A stretch of 64,000 nucleotides of DNA from Abditibacterium sp. (GTDB taxonomy: Bacteria > Armatimonadota > Abditibacteriia > Abditibacteriales > Abditibacteriaceae). The position numbers and the translations under genes are program-made. Location: the NCBI GenBank assembly GCA_965199495.1, contig CBDASK010000003.1, positions 3,296,001 through 3,360,000 of the forward strand, written 5' to 3'. Positions 10,152-20,482 of this stretch are shown here, in pieces (within the stretch, counting starts at the first letter, position 1; every line of letters begins with the position of its first letter). Below the pieces are notes generated by a model that saw nothing but the letters and a program-made list of their open reading frames with translations, was not told the DNA's origin and did no database searches.

Positions 10152-11561
10152 TTACTCCAACGATTCACTCAATTCGCGTGCGGCTTTGTCCAACTCTTTG
10201 AGCCGTTTTTTGCTGCTCGCTTCCATGTAAACGCGCACCAAAGGTTCCGTCCCCGATGGGCGCATCAGCAACCACGAGCCGTCTTCGAGGCTGAGTTTGG
10301 CGCCGTCTTCGGTCTGCACTTTGACGACTTTGCTGCCCGCGACAGTTGCCGGTGGCTGCTCTTTGATGCCGTCCATCAATTTCGTTTTGGTGGCGTCATC
10401 CAAATGCAAATCAATGCGGTTGGAGTAAAACGTACCGAACCGTTTGGTGATGTCCGTGTAAATCTCCGATAGCGGTTTTTTGTGCGTCGCCCAGATTTCG
10501 GCGATGAGTAAGTCGGCCAAAACGCCGTCTTTTCCGCCGTAATGTCCACGAATCGAAAGCCCGCTCGATTCCTCGCCGCCCACCAAAGCGCCCTTTTCTA
10601 CGATGGCTTCGCCGACCCACTTAAAGCCGACGGGCGTTTCGATGACTTGCTGATCGTAATGCTTGGCGATGGCGTCCAGCAATTCGGTCGTCGGGAGCGA
10701 ACGAGCCACCGGCCCGCGCTCGCCGCGCGCTTCGAGCAAATGAACGTAAACCAGCGCCAGAACCTGATTGGCGGTGATGTAGGCGCCGGTCGAATCCACG
10801 CAACCGAAACGGTCGGCGTCGGGATCGTTGGCCAAACCCAAATCGGCTTTGTTTTCCAACACGGTCTGTTGCAAAGTTTTATGACTTTCGGGATTGGCCG
10901 GATCGGGCGAAAAACCGCCGAACATCGGATCGGGATTCTCATGAATCGAGGTCACGTTCCAACCGCAATCGCGCAGAATCGAGTCCACATAACCGCGCCC
11001 GGTGCCGTGAACCGCATCGTAAACGACGGTGCCCGGATTCTGCTGGAGAATATCGAAGTTAATCACGGTTTTCAGTTGCTCGACTAAACCGGGTTTGGGA
11101 TCGAAAATCGTGACATCGGCGGGCGCGACTTTCGATTTGAATTTCTGGCCCAGAACGTGTTCGAGCGCATTCGTCATATCTTTATCGGCGGGGCCGCCGA
11201 GCGGATTGAAGAATTTATAACCGTTATATTTGGGCGGATTGTGCGACGCGGTAATCATAATTCCGGTCGCCAGTTGGCGGCTTTTGGTCGCCCACGCAAT
11301 CGCGGGCGTGGGCGCATCACGGTCGGACAGCAAAACTGGAATGCCGTGGCTGGCCAAAGTATCGGCGGCGGCGCGGGCGAATTCGGCGCTCAGAAAGCGC
11401 GTGTCGTAGCCAATGGCAACGCCATTTTTCACCAAATCTTTCTGATGTTTGAAAAGATACGCAGCCAGCGCGCTCGAAAGCAAACGGACGTTTTCAAAAG
11501 TGTAATCTTCGGCGATGACAGCGCGCCAGCCGTCGGTTCCAAAACGAATATCGGTGGACAT
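10152..11561 (-). CDS. phosphoglucomutase/phosphomannomutase family protein
   Basis: Start reassigned to ATG 11561 (MSTDIRFGTDGWR); ITASHNP, DPDADR, GGEESSG, RPSGTEP. Confidence 0.95.
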   Translation of the reverse strand: MSTDIRFGTDGWRAVIAEDYTFENVRLLSSALAAYLFKHQKDLVKNGVAIGYDTRFLSAEFARAAADTLASHGIPVLLSDRDAPTPAIAWATKSRQLATGIMITASHNPPKYNGYKFFNPLGGPADKDMTNALEHVLGQKFKSKVAPADVTIFDPKPGLVEQLKTVINFDILQQNPGTVVYDAVHGTGRGYVDSILRDCGWNVTSIHENPDPMFGGFSPDPANPESHKTLQQTVLENKADLGLANDPDADRFGCVDSTGAYITANQVLALVYVHLLEARGERGPVARSLPTTELLDAIAKHYDQQVIETPVGFKWVGEAIVEKGALVGGEESSGLSIRGHYGGKDGVLADLLIAEIWATHKKPLSEIYTDITKRFGTFYSNRIDLHLDDATKTKLMDGIKEQPPATVAGSKVVKVQTEDGAKLSLEDGSWLLMRPSGTEPLVRVYMEASSKKRLKELDKAARELSESLE

Positions 11562-11595
11562 AGAATTGTGACATTGGGCGAGAATCGGGCCGAAT

Positions 11596-13173
11596 TTATC
11601 CAGCAATTCCACGCGTATAAAGACGAGTTTCGGGCGAATTATAAAGATAGTCGTGTGGCACGAAATCGCGGCCCGGCAGCGCGAGCGGATGCGCCTTACC
11701 GTAAAACCAATGCTTCCCGTAGAAAACAGTGGGCAACTTTTTGAGAAATATCGCGGCCTCGCCATTGGGATGAAGCCGCAACTGTTCGCGATACTCGAAC
11801 TCGGAAATCGCGAATAACGCTGTTTTTGACGCGCGCATTTTCTGGACATCAAATCCGGTGACGACCGTGCCCGCAACGGGAACATTCGAGCCGACCGGTT
11901 GAAACGGCGGCGTGTAGAACCACGGATTGTTGACCAGCCCCAGAGTTTCTTTGCCTCGCCACGAGCGAGAGGCATTGCCGATTCGGTCGCGCGAATCCAC
12001 AGATACGAACGGCCACAAAATTCCCGGCACCGAAACCGTAATAATCCAAATTAATGCCGCGCCCCAAATCTGCGGTTTCGGCAAACGCGACGCCGCCCAA
12101 ACTGCTGTCACGCACAACAATGGCGCGATGGGAAACAGATAGCGCATGAAGCGCACCTGCGAAAATCCGAGCGACAAAAAGAACAATCCGACGAACAATA
12201 AAACCGGCCAGAATGGTCTTTCGCGCGCCGCCAAAATAACGCCGACAACAGCAGCCACGGCGAGCGGCGCTGTCATCACGAAAGGCAGATTAAACGTGAG
12301 ATGATACCACCAACCGTTGCCTGTGCCCTGAAAAATATCGCCCGAACCTAAGCGCGGATGCGTAAGCAGTTCAAACGAGATTCCGGTTTGGACTTGTTCG
12401 CTCGGATTGCCCCAGAACTCGGCGGGCGCAAGCAACGCGTAGGGCGTCGAAATTAGAAAACCCAATAGCGCCACAATCGGCGCCAGAACAATTAAGCCCC
12501 AGCGATTTTTCAATTCGGGCAACAACCCCGCGCACGCCATCGGTACGACGACGACGAGGCCCGCGTTGTATTTGGTGCCCGCCGCCAAGCCCGCGACCAA
12601 AGCCGCGATAACTAACGCTTTGGCGGTTTGCGCGCGCAGCGAAAGCCAAACGCAGAGCGCCACGAAAAACGTCGCCGGAATATCCACCGTCGCATAATGC
12701 GAATGTTGGACTAAACCCGGCAACAGCGCCACCAAAACTCCGGCGACAATCGCGCCACGTCGCAAGCCCAATTGGCGCGCGATGCCCCACGTTAAAGCCG
12801 CCGTGGCTGCTCCCGTCGCGACCGAGAATAATCGTCCTGCGAAAATAATATCGCGAATTATCGGCCACGGATACGACGCGTCGGCCACGTTCGTTGTTAA
12901 TCCGAAAACGGCGAGAAACTGATAAATAATCCAAGTCGCGTAAATCGAGAGCGACGGATAATTGAAAAAATGCGGATTGAAATCGCCCTGCAACAGATGC
13001 ACGACGGCGCCGACGATTTGATTCACCGATTCGTCGGGATGATACGAATAATAACGCTCGGCATTGGGCAAACCCCACGTCAAACCGATGGCACGCACAA
13101 CTAAGGCCAGCGCGAAAATGAGCGCGGGCGCGAGTAAGCGGCGTGATTTGTCGGGCGAAGTGAGAGTTGCCAT
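11596..13173 (-). CDS. membrane GT-C glycosyltransferase (GT39/ArnT-like)
   Basis: HPDE in the first loop, NPHFFNYPS, SHYATVD, AGTKYN and RYLFP; many TM helices. Confidence 0.8.
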   Translation of the reverse strand: MATLTSPDKSRRLLAPALIFALALVVRAIGLTWGLPNAERYYSYHPDESVNQIVGAVVHLLQGDFNPHFFNYPSLSIYATWIIYQFLAVFGLTTNVADASYPWPIIRDIIFAGRLFSVATGAATAALTWGIARQLGLRRGAIVAGVLVALLPGLVQHSHYATVDIPATFFVALCVWLSLRAQTAKALVIAALVAGLAAGTKYNAGLVVVVPMACAGLLPELKNRWGLIVLAPIVALLGFLISTPYALLAPAEFWGNPSEQVQTGISFELLTHPRLGSGDIFQGTGNGWWYHLTFNLPFVMTAPLAVAAVVGVILAARERPFWPVLLFVGLFFLSLGFSQVRFMRYLFPIAPLLCVTAVWAASRLPKPQIWGAALIWIITVSVPGILWPFVSVDSRDRIGNASRSWRGKETLGLVNNPWFYTPPFQPVGSNVPVAGTVVTGFDVQKMRASKTALFAISEFEYREQLRLHPNGEAAIFLKKLPTVFYGKHWFYGKAHPLALPGRDFVPHDYLYNSPETRLYTRGIAG

Positions 13174-13189
13174 CGGACGAAGTTTAATT

Positions 13190-14977
13190 TTAGCGCGTGA
13201 CCAATAGCGCGTTCGCCACGCGGCGTTCGATGCCGTCGCTGGGACGATTGATGATTTTGCCTTTCACGGCGAGGGCCGTCGAGCCGCCGCCGTCGAAGTT
13301 GAGCGCGTCAACCGCGCCCAATTTTTGCATCGTCGCCGCCAACTCTTGCAGCGTTAATCCGGTCGAATAATAGCCCTGACGGCCATCGGCGACCAGAATG
13401 ATGTAGCGGCCCTGTTTGTCAATGCCAAACGCGGTGCGCGGGCCGGTTCCGCTTGTAACGTCGGAGCGAAAGCCTTCGTTGGTCACGTAAATTTGGCCGT
13501 CTTTGACCAATCTTGGCCCGCCGCCCAGCGCCGTGGTTATCGCGGGCCAACCGATGGGCGCGATGCTGAGGCGCGCCCGCGTGCCGCGCGCCACGCGTTC
13601 GAGCGGCGGACGTGCGCCGCCGCTCGCGACCAGAACAAAACCGTTGGCCGGAACATTGGCGCCGCCGCCGCCCGGCTTGGACGTGACGACGCCATTTTCG
13701 ACGACGAGCGCCATTTCGCCGGGGCTTAATTTGTAATACGAAGCGAAATCGCGCGTAATCGCCGTCACGCGTCCGGCGTCGGGCCAGCCGTTCAAATCGC
13801 GAATCGGCACCGATGTGCCATCGCCAAAAACTGCGCGCGCGTCGGTGCGCATCGAGCCGATGCGAGCGCGGCCATTTTTATCGAAACCGACCGTGGTGCG
13901 CCCGTTCCACGGCAGACGGCGCCACTGGCCGTTGACCAAAACGGTGCCAACTGCCGCGCCATCGTAAGCGAAAAATCCGCCATTGACCGCCAAAACGGCT
14001 TTCTTGCGCGCGGCCAAACTCGAAATCCGCGCGCGATCCAGCACGCCGCCGCCCGGCTCGACGCGCACGCGCCAACCGTCGCGCGGATCGAATTTCGCCG
14101 CCCACATCTGAACCGGGCCGTGTCCCGTGCCCTTGCGAATTTTGGTCAGCGATAATCCGCCCGTCGAATTAGAGGTTTGTTCCTCGAACAAACGCTGTGC
14201 ATCAATCACGATGCGCGTCGGATTGCCCAGCGTGAACCAACTCAGTGGCGCCGCATAATTCAGTTTCAGGGCGAATTTCGCCTGCCAGTTGCCCGACGTA
14301 AGCGTGGTGCCAGTCACCATATAATCTTTGACGGCGTTAGTACCATTGACGCCCGGTTCTTGGCGTCCGGCGAACTCGAAATTCGCGCGGTCTTTGCCGA
14401 GATAGGCCGCCACGCGCGTCGGGTTCGAGAGTTGGATAACGGTGCGCACGCGCTCATTCTGCACTTCGGTGCGCACGTCTTGAATCGTCGTCGCCGGATA
14501 TTGAATCAGAAAAGTGGTTTTGTCGGTTCCTCGCCGCGCCACGCTCCACTTCAGGCCAAGCCAATCGCAAAATGCGCGCATCGAAACATATAAATCTTTG
14601 CCGTAAACGCGCGCAGGTGTCGGCATTTGATCTGGCGTTCCGTCCACCAGAACGCCGCTTTGGTTGGTATAAAAATCAATCTGTTCGCCGAAATAAAGCA
14701 AGCGCCATTGATCTTTGGCGATTGGCCCGACGCTGGCGCCAATCGCATCGGCGAAAAACGTCGCGGGCACCATCGTGTGGCCGTCCTGAATCGGCGCGGC
14801 GCCGGGAGTCGAAAGATAAACCTGCGCTGTCGGCACCGGGGGCGGCGCGACGGTAGTCGGCAGTTCGAGCGGCAATTGGGCAATCGGCGGCGTTTGGGCG
14901 CGCGCCGGAGGGGCCGCAAAGTAGGGCAATAAAAAAGCGGCCAACAGAAATGTTGCCGCGAAACGAAACGCATTCAT
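13190..14977 (-). CDS. phosphodiester glycosidase (NAGPA-like) family secreted protein with N-terminal stalk/AMIN-like domains
   Basis: Start reassigned to ATG 14977 (signal peptide); AVNGGFF, GGGPRLV, PRTAFG, DGRQ, LNFDGGGS, NRPSDG..R.VANAL. Confidence 0.88.
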   Translation of the reverse strand: MNAFRFAATFLLAAFLLPYFAAPPARAQTPPIAQLPLELPTTVAPPPVPTAQVYLSTPGAAPIQDGHTMVPATFFADAIGASVGPIAKDQWRLLYFGEQIDFYTNQSGVLVDGTPDQMPTPARVYGKDLYVSMRAFCDWLGLKWSVARRGTDKTTFLIQYPATTIQDVRTEVQNERVRTVIQLSNPTRVAAYLGKDRANFEFAGRQEPGVNGTNAVKDYMVTGTTLTSGNWQAKFALKLNYAAPLSWFTLGNPTRIVIDAQRLFEEQTSNSTGGLSLTKIRKGTGHGPVQMWAAKFDPRDGWRVRVEPGGGVLDRARISSLAARKKAVLAVNGGFFAYDGAAVGTVLVNGQWRRLPWNGRTTVGFDKNGRARIGSMRTDARAVFGDGTSVPIRDLNGWPDAGRVTAITRDFASYYKLSPGEMALVVENGVVTSKPGGGGANVPANGFVLVASGGARPPLERVARGTRARLSIAPIGWPAITTALGGGPRLVKDGQIYVTNEGFRSDVTSGTGPRTAFGIDKQGRYIILVADGRQGYYSTGLTLQELAATMQKLGAVDALNFDGGGSTALAVKGKIINRPSDGIERRVANALLVTR

Positions 14978-15063
14978 TGGAAAAGAAAAGCAGTCTATGT
15001 CAAAGTGGCTTCTTCCCTTCCGCTTTTGGTAATTTTGGTCAATTGAGGCATGAATTGATGTGC

Positions 15064-15206
15064 TATAGCCCTTCCTAAACAGAAAGTTACATTTCCGAGA
15101 GCGGGTCTGACGCACCCTTCCAATCGGTAGAAGGGCGAGGAAAGTCCGCCGATTGGAAGGAGGCGTCAGCCCCGCCGTTGGAGCCTTTCCACTATGAAGG
15201 GCTATA
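15064..15206. repeat. degenerate palindromic element related to 55395-55466, with TATAGCCCTTC outer IR
   Basis: Outer IR 15064-15074 / 15196-15206; inner degenerate IR CCTTCCAATCGG..CCGATTGGAAGGAGGCGTCAGCCCCG (15101-15175). Confidence 0.75.
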
Positions 15207-15214
15207 ACAAATTT

Positions 15215-15351
15215 CTTTGTCATTCCGAGAGGAGTGAGGCACGAACGGAACCGAGGAATCTTACGGCCCCACGCCAGTGGAACTTTCGCTGACGCGAGGG
15301 CAACAGATTCCTCGGTTCCGTTCGTGCCTCACTCCTCTCGGAATGACAAAG
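15215..15351. repeat. GTCATTCCGAG-type palindromic element (family shared with 59765-59949)
   Basis: Perfect 47-bp IR 15215-15261 / 15305-15351. Confidence 0.9.
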
Positions 15352-15433
15352 AGGCTTCTCACTTTTGGTTAACACGCCATAGCCCCACACCTTTCATAAT
15401 TTTACGAACAATATCGCTATCTCCTAAACACTA

Positions 15434-17899
15434 TCAACTCAAACCCACCGTTACATCCTGTTCGACTGGCGTCGTAACAGCCACGGCGCCTTCGACTTCG
15501 GGCGTGTCGGCGGGCAACAACACCAAATCAATCGCATCTTTCACGTCGGCGACGAAATGAAACTGCAAATCGGCTTTGGCTTCGGCGGGAATTTCCTGTA
15601 AATCGGCCTGATTTCGCTGCGGCAAAACAATCGTTTTAATGCCCGCCTGACGCGCGGCCAGAACTTTCTCTTTAACGCCTCCAACCGGCAACACGCGCCC
15701 GGTCAGCGTGACTTCGCCCGTCAGCGAAATATCGTGGCGCATCGGGCGATTCGACAGCAAACTCGCCAGAGCGCACGTCATCGCCACGCCCGCGCTGGGG
15801 CCGTCCTTGGGAATCGCGCCCGCCGGAACGTGAACGTGAATCGCGCCGCGTTCTTCGTTGTCGCCGCCGCCGACTTTGATGCCGGTTACGTCTTCGTGCG
15901 ACTTGAGATAATCGTAGGCGATTTGCGCCGATTCCTTCATCACGTCGCCCAATTGGCCGGTCATAGTCAAGCCTTTGCCGGGCATTTTGACGGTTTCGAT
16001 GAACAGAATTTCGCCGCCCATCGGCGTCCAAGCCATGCCAGTGGCGACTCCGATTTGCGCCTGACGACTGCCCATCTCCGGCTCGAACCGAATCGGGCCG
16101 AGATACTCGCTCAAATCGCCAACCGAAACCGTGATGCCCGCCGGTTGGCGTTTGCGGGTGCGGGCTTTTTCGGGATTCTTACTTTTGCGCTCGCGCTCGG
16201 CGACTTTACGCGAAACGTTAAACGCGACTTTGCGACACACGCGACCAATGGTGCGCTCCAAACTGCGCACGCCCGCCTCGCGGGTATAACCGCGCACAAT
16301 CGCGCTCAAAACCTCGTCGCCAATCGTCACGTCGTCGGGCAAAAGTCCGTTTTCTTCTTTTTGGCGCGGCAACAAATAACGCCGCGCAATCGCGACTTTC
16401 TCGGCTTCGGTGTAGCCGGGAATCGAGATGATTTCCATGCGGTCGCGTAATGGGCCGGGAATCGTGTCCAACACGTTGGCGGTCGTGATGAACATCACTT
16501 TGCTCAAATCCACCGGCACTTCGAGATAATGATCGCGAAAAGAATCGTTTTGCTGCGGGTCCAAAACTTCCAACAACGCGCTCGTTGGGTCGCCGCGATA
16601 ATCGCTGCCCAACTTATCTATTTCGTCCAGAATCATGACGGGATTATTGGTGCCCGCGTCGCGAAGTCCCTGAATAATGCGGCCCGGCATCGCGCCGATA
16701 TAGGTGCGGCGATGCCCGCGAATTTCGGCTTCGTCGCGCACGCCGCCCAGCGCCATGCGCACCCATTTGCGGCCCAGCGCGTGCGCGATAGAATGCGCCA
16801 GACTGGTTTTGCCCACGCCCGGCGGCCCAACGAAACACAAAATCGGGCCTTTGTTGTCGGGCTTCAAACGGCGCACCGCCAGATATTCCAAAACGCGCTC
16901 TTTCACGTCTTCGAGACCGTAATGCTCGGCTTCGAGAATCTCTTCGGCATGAGCCACGTCGAGGTTGTCGGGCGTTGAAACGCTCCACGGCACGCCCAAA
17001 AGCGCGTCCAAATAATTGCGCGTCGTGGCATATTCGGGCGAGGCCGAGGGAATGCGCGCCAACCGTTCCAGTTCGCGGTTGGCGGTTTTGAGCGCGACTT
17101 CGGGCATATTCGCCGCCTCGATTTGCGCGCGCAACTCCTCGATTTCTTGTTCCGAATCTTCGTCTTCGCCCAACTGTTTGCGAATCTCCTGCAACTGCTG
17201 GCGCAAAATATAATCGCGCTGTCCCTTATCCAATTCGCGGCGCGTTTCCGATTGGATTTGGTTGGTCAGTTCCAAAACCGAAATCTCTTTGGCCGTGAGT
17301 TCCGCCACACGCTTGAGGCGCGCTTCCACGTCCAGCGTTTCGAGCAGTTCCTGGCGCACGGGCAAATCAATGTTGAGCGCCGCCGCCACGAAATCGGCGA
17401 GCTTGCCGGGTTCTTCCTGCTCGCGCGCCGCGTGCATCGCTTCGTCGGGTAAAACCGGCGACAATTCAACGATCTGCTCGAAATCGCGCAACAGCGATTG
17501 CATCAACGCCTCGATTTGCGGCGTACGCTCGGTTGAGTCCACCAAAACTTCGACATCGGCGCGGGTGACATTATTTTCGACGGTGTAATTGGATGGCCGC
17601 ACGCGCGCCAAACCCTGCACGATGACCTGCGCCGTGCCATCAGGCATGCGCATCATGCGCACGAACGTCGCGGCGCATCCGATTTCGTGCAACTGTTGCG
17701 GCGCTGGCACTTCGGTTTCGGGTTCGCGCTGCAAAACCAACGTCGCCAAACGGTCGTCGGCCAGCGCCGCATCGAGCGCGCGTAGCGAGGCTTCGCGCCC
17801 GACCGATAGCGGCGCCATCATAAAAGGAAATAAGACGAGATTCGTCGTCGCCAACAGCGGCAGGCGCGACGGAATTTGGGGGATTTCTTGATCGGGCAT
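15434..17899 (-). CDS. lon: ATP-dependent protease La
   Basis: Start ATG 17899 (MPDQEIP). LON N-domain, Walker [17 protein letters not shown], catalytic [15 protein letters not shown]. Confidence 0.97.
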   Translation of the reverse strand: MPDQEIPQIPSRLPLLATTNLVLFPFMMAPLSVGREASLRALDAALADDRLATLVLQREPETEVPAPQQLHEIGCAATFVRMMRMPDGTAQVIVQGLARVRPSNYTVENNVTRADVEVLVDSTERTPQIEALMQSLLRDFEQIVELSPVLPDEAMHAAREQEEPGKLADFVAAALNIDLPVRQELLETLDVEARLKRVAELTAKEISVLELTNQIQSETRRELDKGQRDYILRQQLQEIRKQLGEDEDSEQEIEELRAQIEAANMPEVALKTANRELERLARIPSASPEYATTRNYLDALLGVPWSVSTPDNLDVAHAEEILEAEHYGLEDVKERVLEYLAVRRLKPDNKGPILCFVGPPGVGKTSLAHSIAHALGRKWVRMALGGVRDEAEIRGHRRTYIGAMPGRIIQGLRDAGTNNPVMILDEIDKLGSDYRGDPTSALLEVLDPQQNDSFRDHYLEVPVDLSKVMFITTANVLDTIPGPLRDRMEIISIPGYTEAEKVAIARRYLLPRQKEENGLLPDDVTIGDEVLSAIVRGYTREAGVRSLERTIGRVCRKVAFNVSRKVAERERKSKNPEKARTRKRQPAGITVSVGDLSEYLGPIRFEPEMGSRQAQIGVATGMAWTPMGGEILFIETVKMPGKGLTMTGQLGDVMKESAQIAYDYLKSHEDVTGIKVGGGDNEERGAIHVHVPAGAIPKDGPSAGVAMTCALASLLSNRPMRHDISLTGEVTLTGRVLPVGGVKEKVLAARQAGIKTIVLPQRNQADLQEIPAEAKADLQFHFVADVKDAIDLVLLPADTPEVEGAVAVTTPVEQDVTVGLS

Positions 17900-17935
17900 T
17901 GTGGAATAAAAGGTTGTGGTTTTGGTTGAATCATC

Positions 17936-18052
17936 TTCTGCGCCTCGTAGAGACACCGATTTATCGTGTCTAAAACGTGAATGAATCCACGAATTTTGTA
18001 GGAGCTTTGACGTTTTAGACACGATAAATCGGTGTCTCTACGAGGCGCAGAA
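17936..18052. repeat. GTAG-type REP doublet (REPIN-like)
   Basis: Perfect 43-bp IR 17936-17978 / 18010-18052 containing GTAGAGACACCGATTTATCGTGTCT. Confidence 0.88.
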
Positions 18053-18079
18053 AAATTGAATTGAGAAGAATAAATGTCT

Positions 18080-18490
18080 TTAAGCCACATCAATTTTCAA
18101 GCGTTTGGGCGCCGGACGCGCCATACGCGGAATGTAAATCTGCAAAACGCCCGCGTCGTAAGTCGCCTTGATTTTGTCGCCGTCAACATCGGCGGGTAAA
18201 CGCAGAATGCGGCGGAAGCGACCATAAATCATTTCGACCAACTCGACGCGCGTGTGTGAAGGCAACGGCGGACGAACGCGATTGCCTTCGACGATCAAAT
18301 TATTGCCGTCGAGCGACAAATTCAAATCGTCCAATTGCAGGCCGGGCGCCTCGACTTGAACGAGCAGAGCGTCGGACATTTCGTAGATGTCCACTCTGGG
18401 TTGCCAGGTCGGCGCATCAAAAGAAAGCACCGCGTCGGACATCGCGGGGAGCGAGCCGAAGATTAAATGAGTGCGGATTCGTGAGGACAT
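18080..18490 (-). CDS. small heat shock protein (Hsp20/alpha-crystallin)
   Basis: Start ATG 18490; WQPRVDIYE, EAPGL, YGRFRR...LP, ATYDAGVL; upstream of lon. Confidence 0.92.
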   Translation of the reverse strand: MSSRIRTHLIFGSLPAMSDAVLSFDAPTWQPRVDIYEMSDALLVQVEAPGLQLDDLNLSLDGNNLIVEGNRVRPPLPSHTRVELVEMIYGRFRRILRLPADVDGDKIKATYDAGVLQIYIPRMARPAPKRLKIDVA

Positions 18491-18495
18491 AAAAT

Positions 18496-19056
18496 TTATC
18501 CCGCGTAGCGGAACTGGGAATCGTCGGAGTAGGCGCGGGCGATGCGACGGGCGATGTCGGGAATCGTGTCTTTGTCGGTCTGCACGACCAAACTGGCGCA
18601 ATTCAGATAAATCTCTTCGCGATCCGCCAACAGTTCCTCGACGCGCTTTTGCGTGGCTTCGAGCGAGAGTTCGCCGTCGCCATCAATGAGCGGGCGCTTG
18701 CCCGGCGAGCGGCGAATGCGCGCGGCCAAAACCGGCGCCGAGGTTTGCAAATAAACGACCATCGCGCCTTGGTCAATGGCGTTATCCAGCACTTCGCGAT
18801 TCTGCTCGCGCATCGGCACGCCGCCGCCCAACGATATGGCGCCGCGCCGACTGGCGACCTGCGCCAGATGCTGCGTTTCGAGTTCGCGAAACTTGTCTTC
18901 GCCGTATTGCGCGAAATAATTGGCGATGGAGCAGCCGATTTGCCGCTCGATGCGCGCGTCCAAATCCACGAACGGCACGCCCAACTGGCGCGCCAACGAG
19001 CGAGCCACGGCGCTCTTGCCGCAACCCATAAAGCCCATCAGGAAAATTGGTTTCAT
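18496..19056 (-). CDS. aroK: shikimate kinase
   Basis: Motifs LMGFMGCGKS, FVDLD, GEDKFRELE, SLGGG and RPL. Confidence 0.95.
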   Translation of the reverse strand: MKPIFLMGFMGCGKSAVARSLARQLGVPFVDLDARIERQIGCSIANYFAQYGEDKFRELETQHLAQVASRRGAISLGGGVPMREQNREVLDNAIDQGAMVVYLQTSAPVLAARIRRSPGKRPLIDGDGELSLEATQKRVEELLADREEIYLNCASLVVQTDKDTIPDIARRIARAYSDDSQFRYAG

Positions 19057-19063
19057 GTTTTTA

Positions 19064-19173
19064 AGGGACAAGGTTCAAGGGACAGGGAACAAGGTAAAAC
19101 AAGTTTAAAACGAAGAATTTTCCTCATCATCATGAAATTTCTTACTTGTCCCCTGTTCCTTGAACCTTGTCCC
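19064..19173. repeat. heptamer-period inverted repeat (AGGGACA/AGGTTCA)
   Basis: About 29-bp IR with 2 mismatches (about 19064-19093 / 19145-19173) built of 7-nt units. Confidence 0.8.
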
Positions 19174-19176
19174 CCT

Positions 19177-20436
19177 TCAGCGCACTTGTCCATTGCCCCG
19201 CACCAGATATTTCGTCGTCGTCAACGATTCCAAACCCATCGGCCCGCGCGCGTGCAACTTTTGCGTCGAAATCCCGACTTCGGCGCCCAACCCGAACTCG
19301 TAGCCGTCGGTGAAGCGCGTCGAGGCGTTGACGTAAACCGCCGCCGCGTCCACTTCGTTCAAGAACCGTTCCGCGTTGGCGTAATCGCGCGTAATTATTG
19401 CCTCAGAGTGCGCGGTGCCGTGGGTCGCGATATGTTCCATCGCTTCGTCTAAATCGGCGACGATCTTAATCGCCAACGTCAAATCGAGATATTCGGCGCC
19501 CCAGTCATCCGCCGTGGCTGATTGGATCGAAGGCATAATTGCACGCGCACTTTCATCACCGCGCAATTCAACATTCGCTGCGAAAAACTGCGCGGACATC
19601 GCGGGCAAAAACTGCGCGGCGACGCTTTGATGAACCAGCAGCGTTTCGACCGCATTGCACGCCGACGGGCCGTTAGTTTTGGCATTAAACACGACCTCGC
19701 GCGCCATTTCCAAATCGGCGAATTGGTCAACGTAAACGTGACAAACGCCGCCCGCCGCGAAAATCACCGGGACGGTCGCGACTTCCATCAACGTCTTTTT
19801 CAAGCCTTCGCCGCCGCGCGGAATAATCAAATCAACCAAACCTTTTTGCGTGGCGAGCAGACTCGAAGCCGCGCGGTCTGTGGTTTGGACAAAGCCAATC
19901 GCGCCATCGGGAAAACCGGCGTCTTGCGCGGCGCGGTCTATGATTTCGCTCAACACGCGATTAGTTTCGATGGCTTCGCTGCCACCGCGCAGAATGACGG
20001 CGTTGCCCGCTTTAAGCGCCAAAATCGCCGCGTCAACTGTGACGTTGGGCCGCGATTCGTAAATCACCGCGACAACGCCCAATGGCACGCGCACGCGTTC
20101 GATTTTCAAACCGTTGGGCCGGTTTTCGCCGTCCAACACGCGGCCAATTGGGTCGGGCAGAGCAGCCACGTCGCGGCAACCCTGCGCCATCGCGGCGATT
20201 TTGGCGTCGGTCAACGTCAGCCGATTGAGCAAAGCCGTGCCGATACCTTTGCGCGCGCCGTTTTCGACATCTATTTGGTTGGCAGCGAAAATCGCGTCGC
20301 GGTTGTCGCAAATCGCCGTCGCCATCGCTTCGAGCGCAGCGTTTTTAGCGGCGCTCGATAAGTTCGCGAGGGCGCGTGAGGCCAATTTCGCGGCGCGCGC
20401 GAGTTGTTCTGTTTCGTGGGCGGTTTCTTGTTCCAT
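19177..20436 (-). CDS. proA: gamma-glutamyl phosphate reductase
   Basis: Motifs VPLGVVAVIYESRPNVT, IPRGG, SACNAVETLL, NASTRFTDG and STQKLHARGPMGL. Confidence 0.97.
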   Translation of the reverse strand: MEQETAHETEQLARAAKLASRALANLSSAAKNAALEAMATAICDNRDAIFAANQIDVENGARKGIGTALLNRLTLTDAKIAAMAQGCRDVAALPDPIGRVLDGENRPNGLKIERVRVPLGVVAVIYESRPNVTVDAAILALKAGNAVILRGGSEAIETNRVLSEIIDRAAQDAGFPDGAIGFVQTTDRAASSLLATQKGLVDLIIPRGGEGLKKTLMEVATVPVIFAAGGVCHVYVDQFADLEMAREVVFNAKTNGPSACNAVETLLVHQSVAAQFLPAMSAQFFAANVELRGDESARAIMPSIQSATADDWGAEYLDLTLAIKIVADLDEAMEHIATHGTAHSEAIITRDYANAERFLNEVDAAAVYVNASTRFTDGYEFGLGAEVGISTQKLHARGPMGLESLTTTKYLVRGNGQVR

Positions 20437-20482
20437 ATAAGGGAGTATAAAAGGTGGAACTTTTATGCTTCGTGTTTCGCAC

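Noticed and set aside
14978..15223. Shared peptide AGLTPPSNRR in the N-terminal extensions of ORFs 13190-15223 and 54238-55509
   Set aside because: It comes from the same intergenic repeat; the likely true starts are 14977 and 55350.
17900..18022. N-terminal extension of Lon in the ORF track
   Set aside because: Translates the REP doublet; the Lon N-domain begins at ATG 17899.
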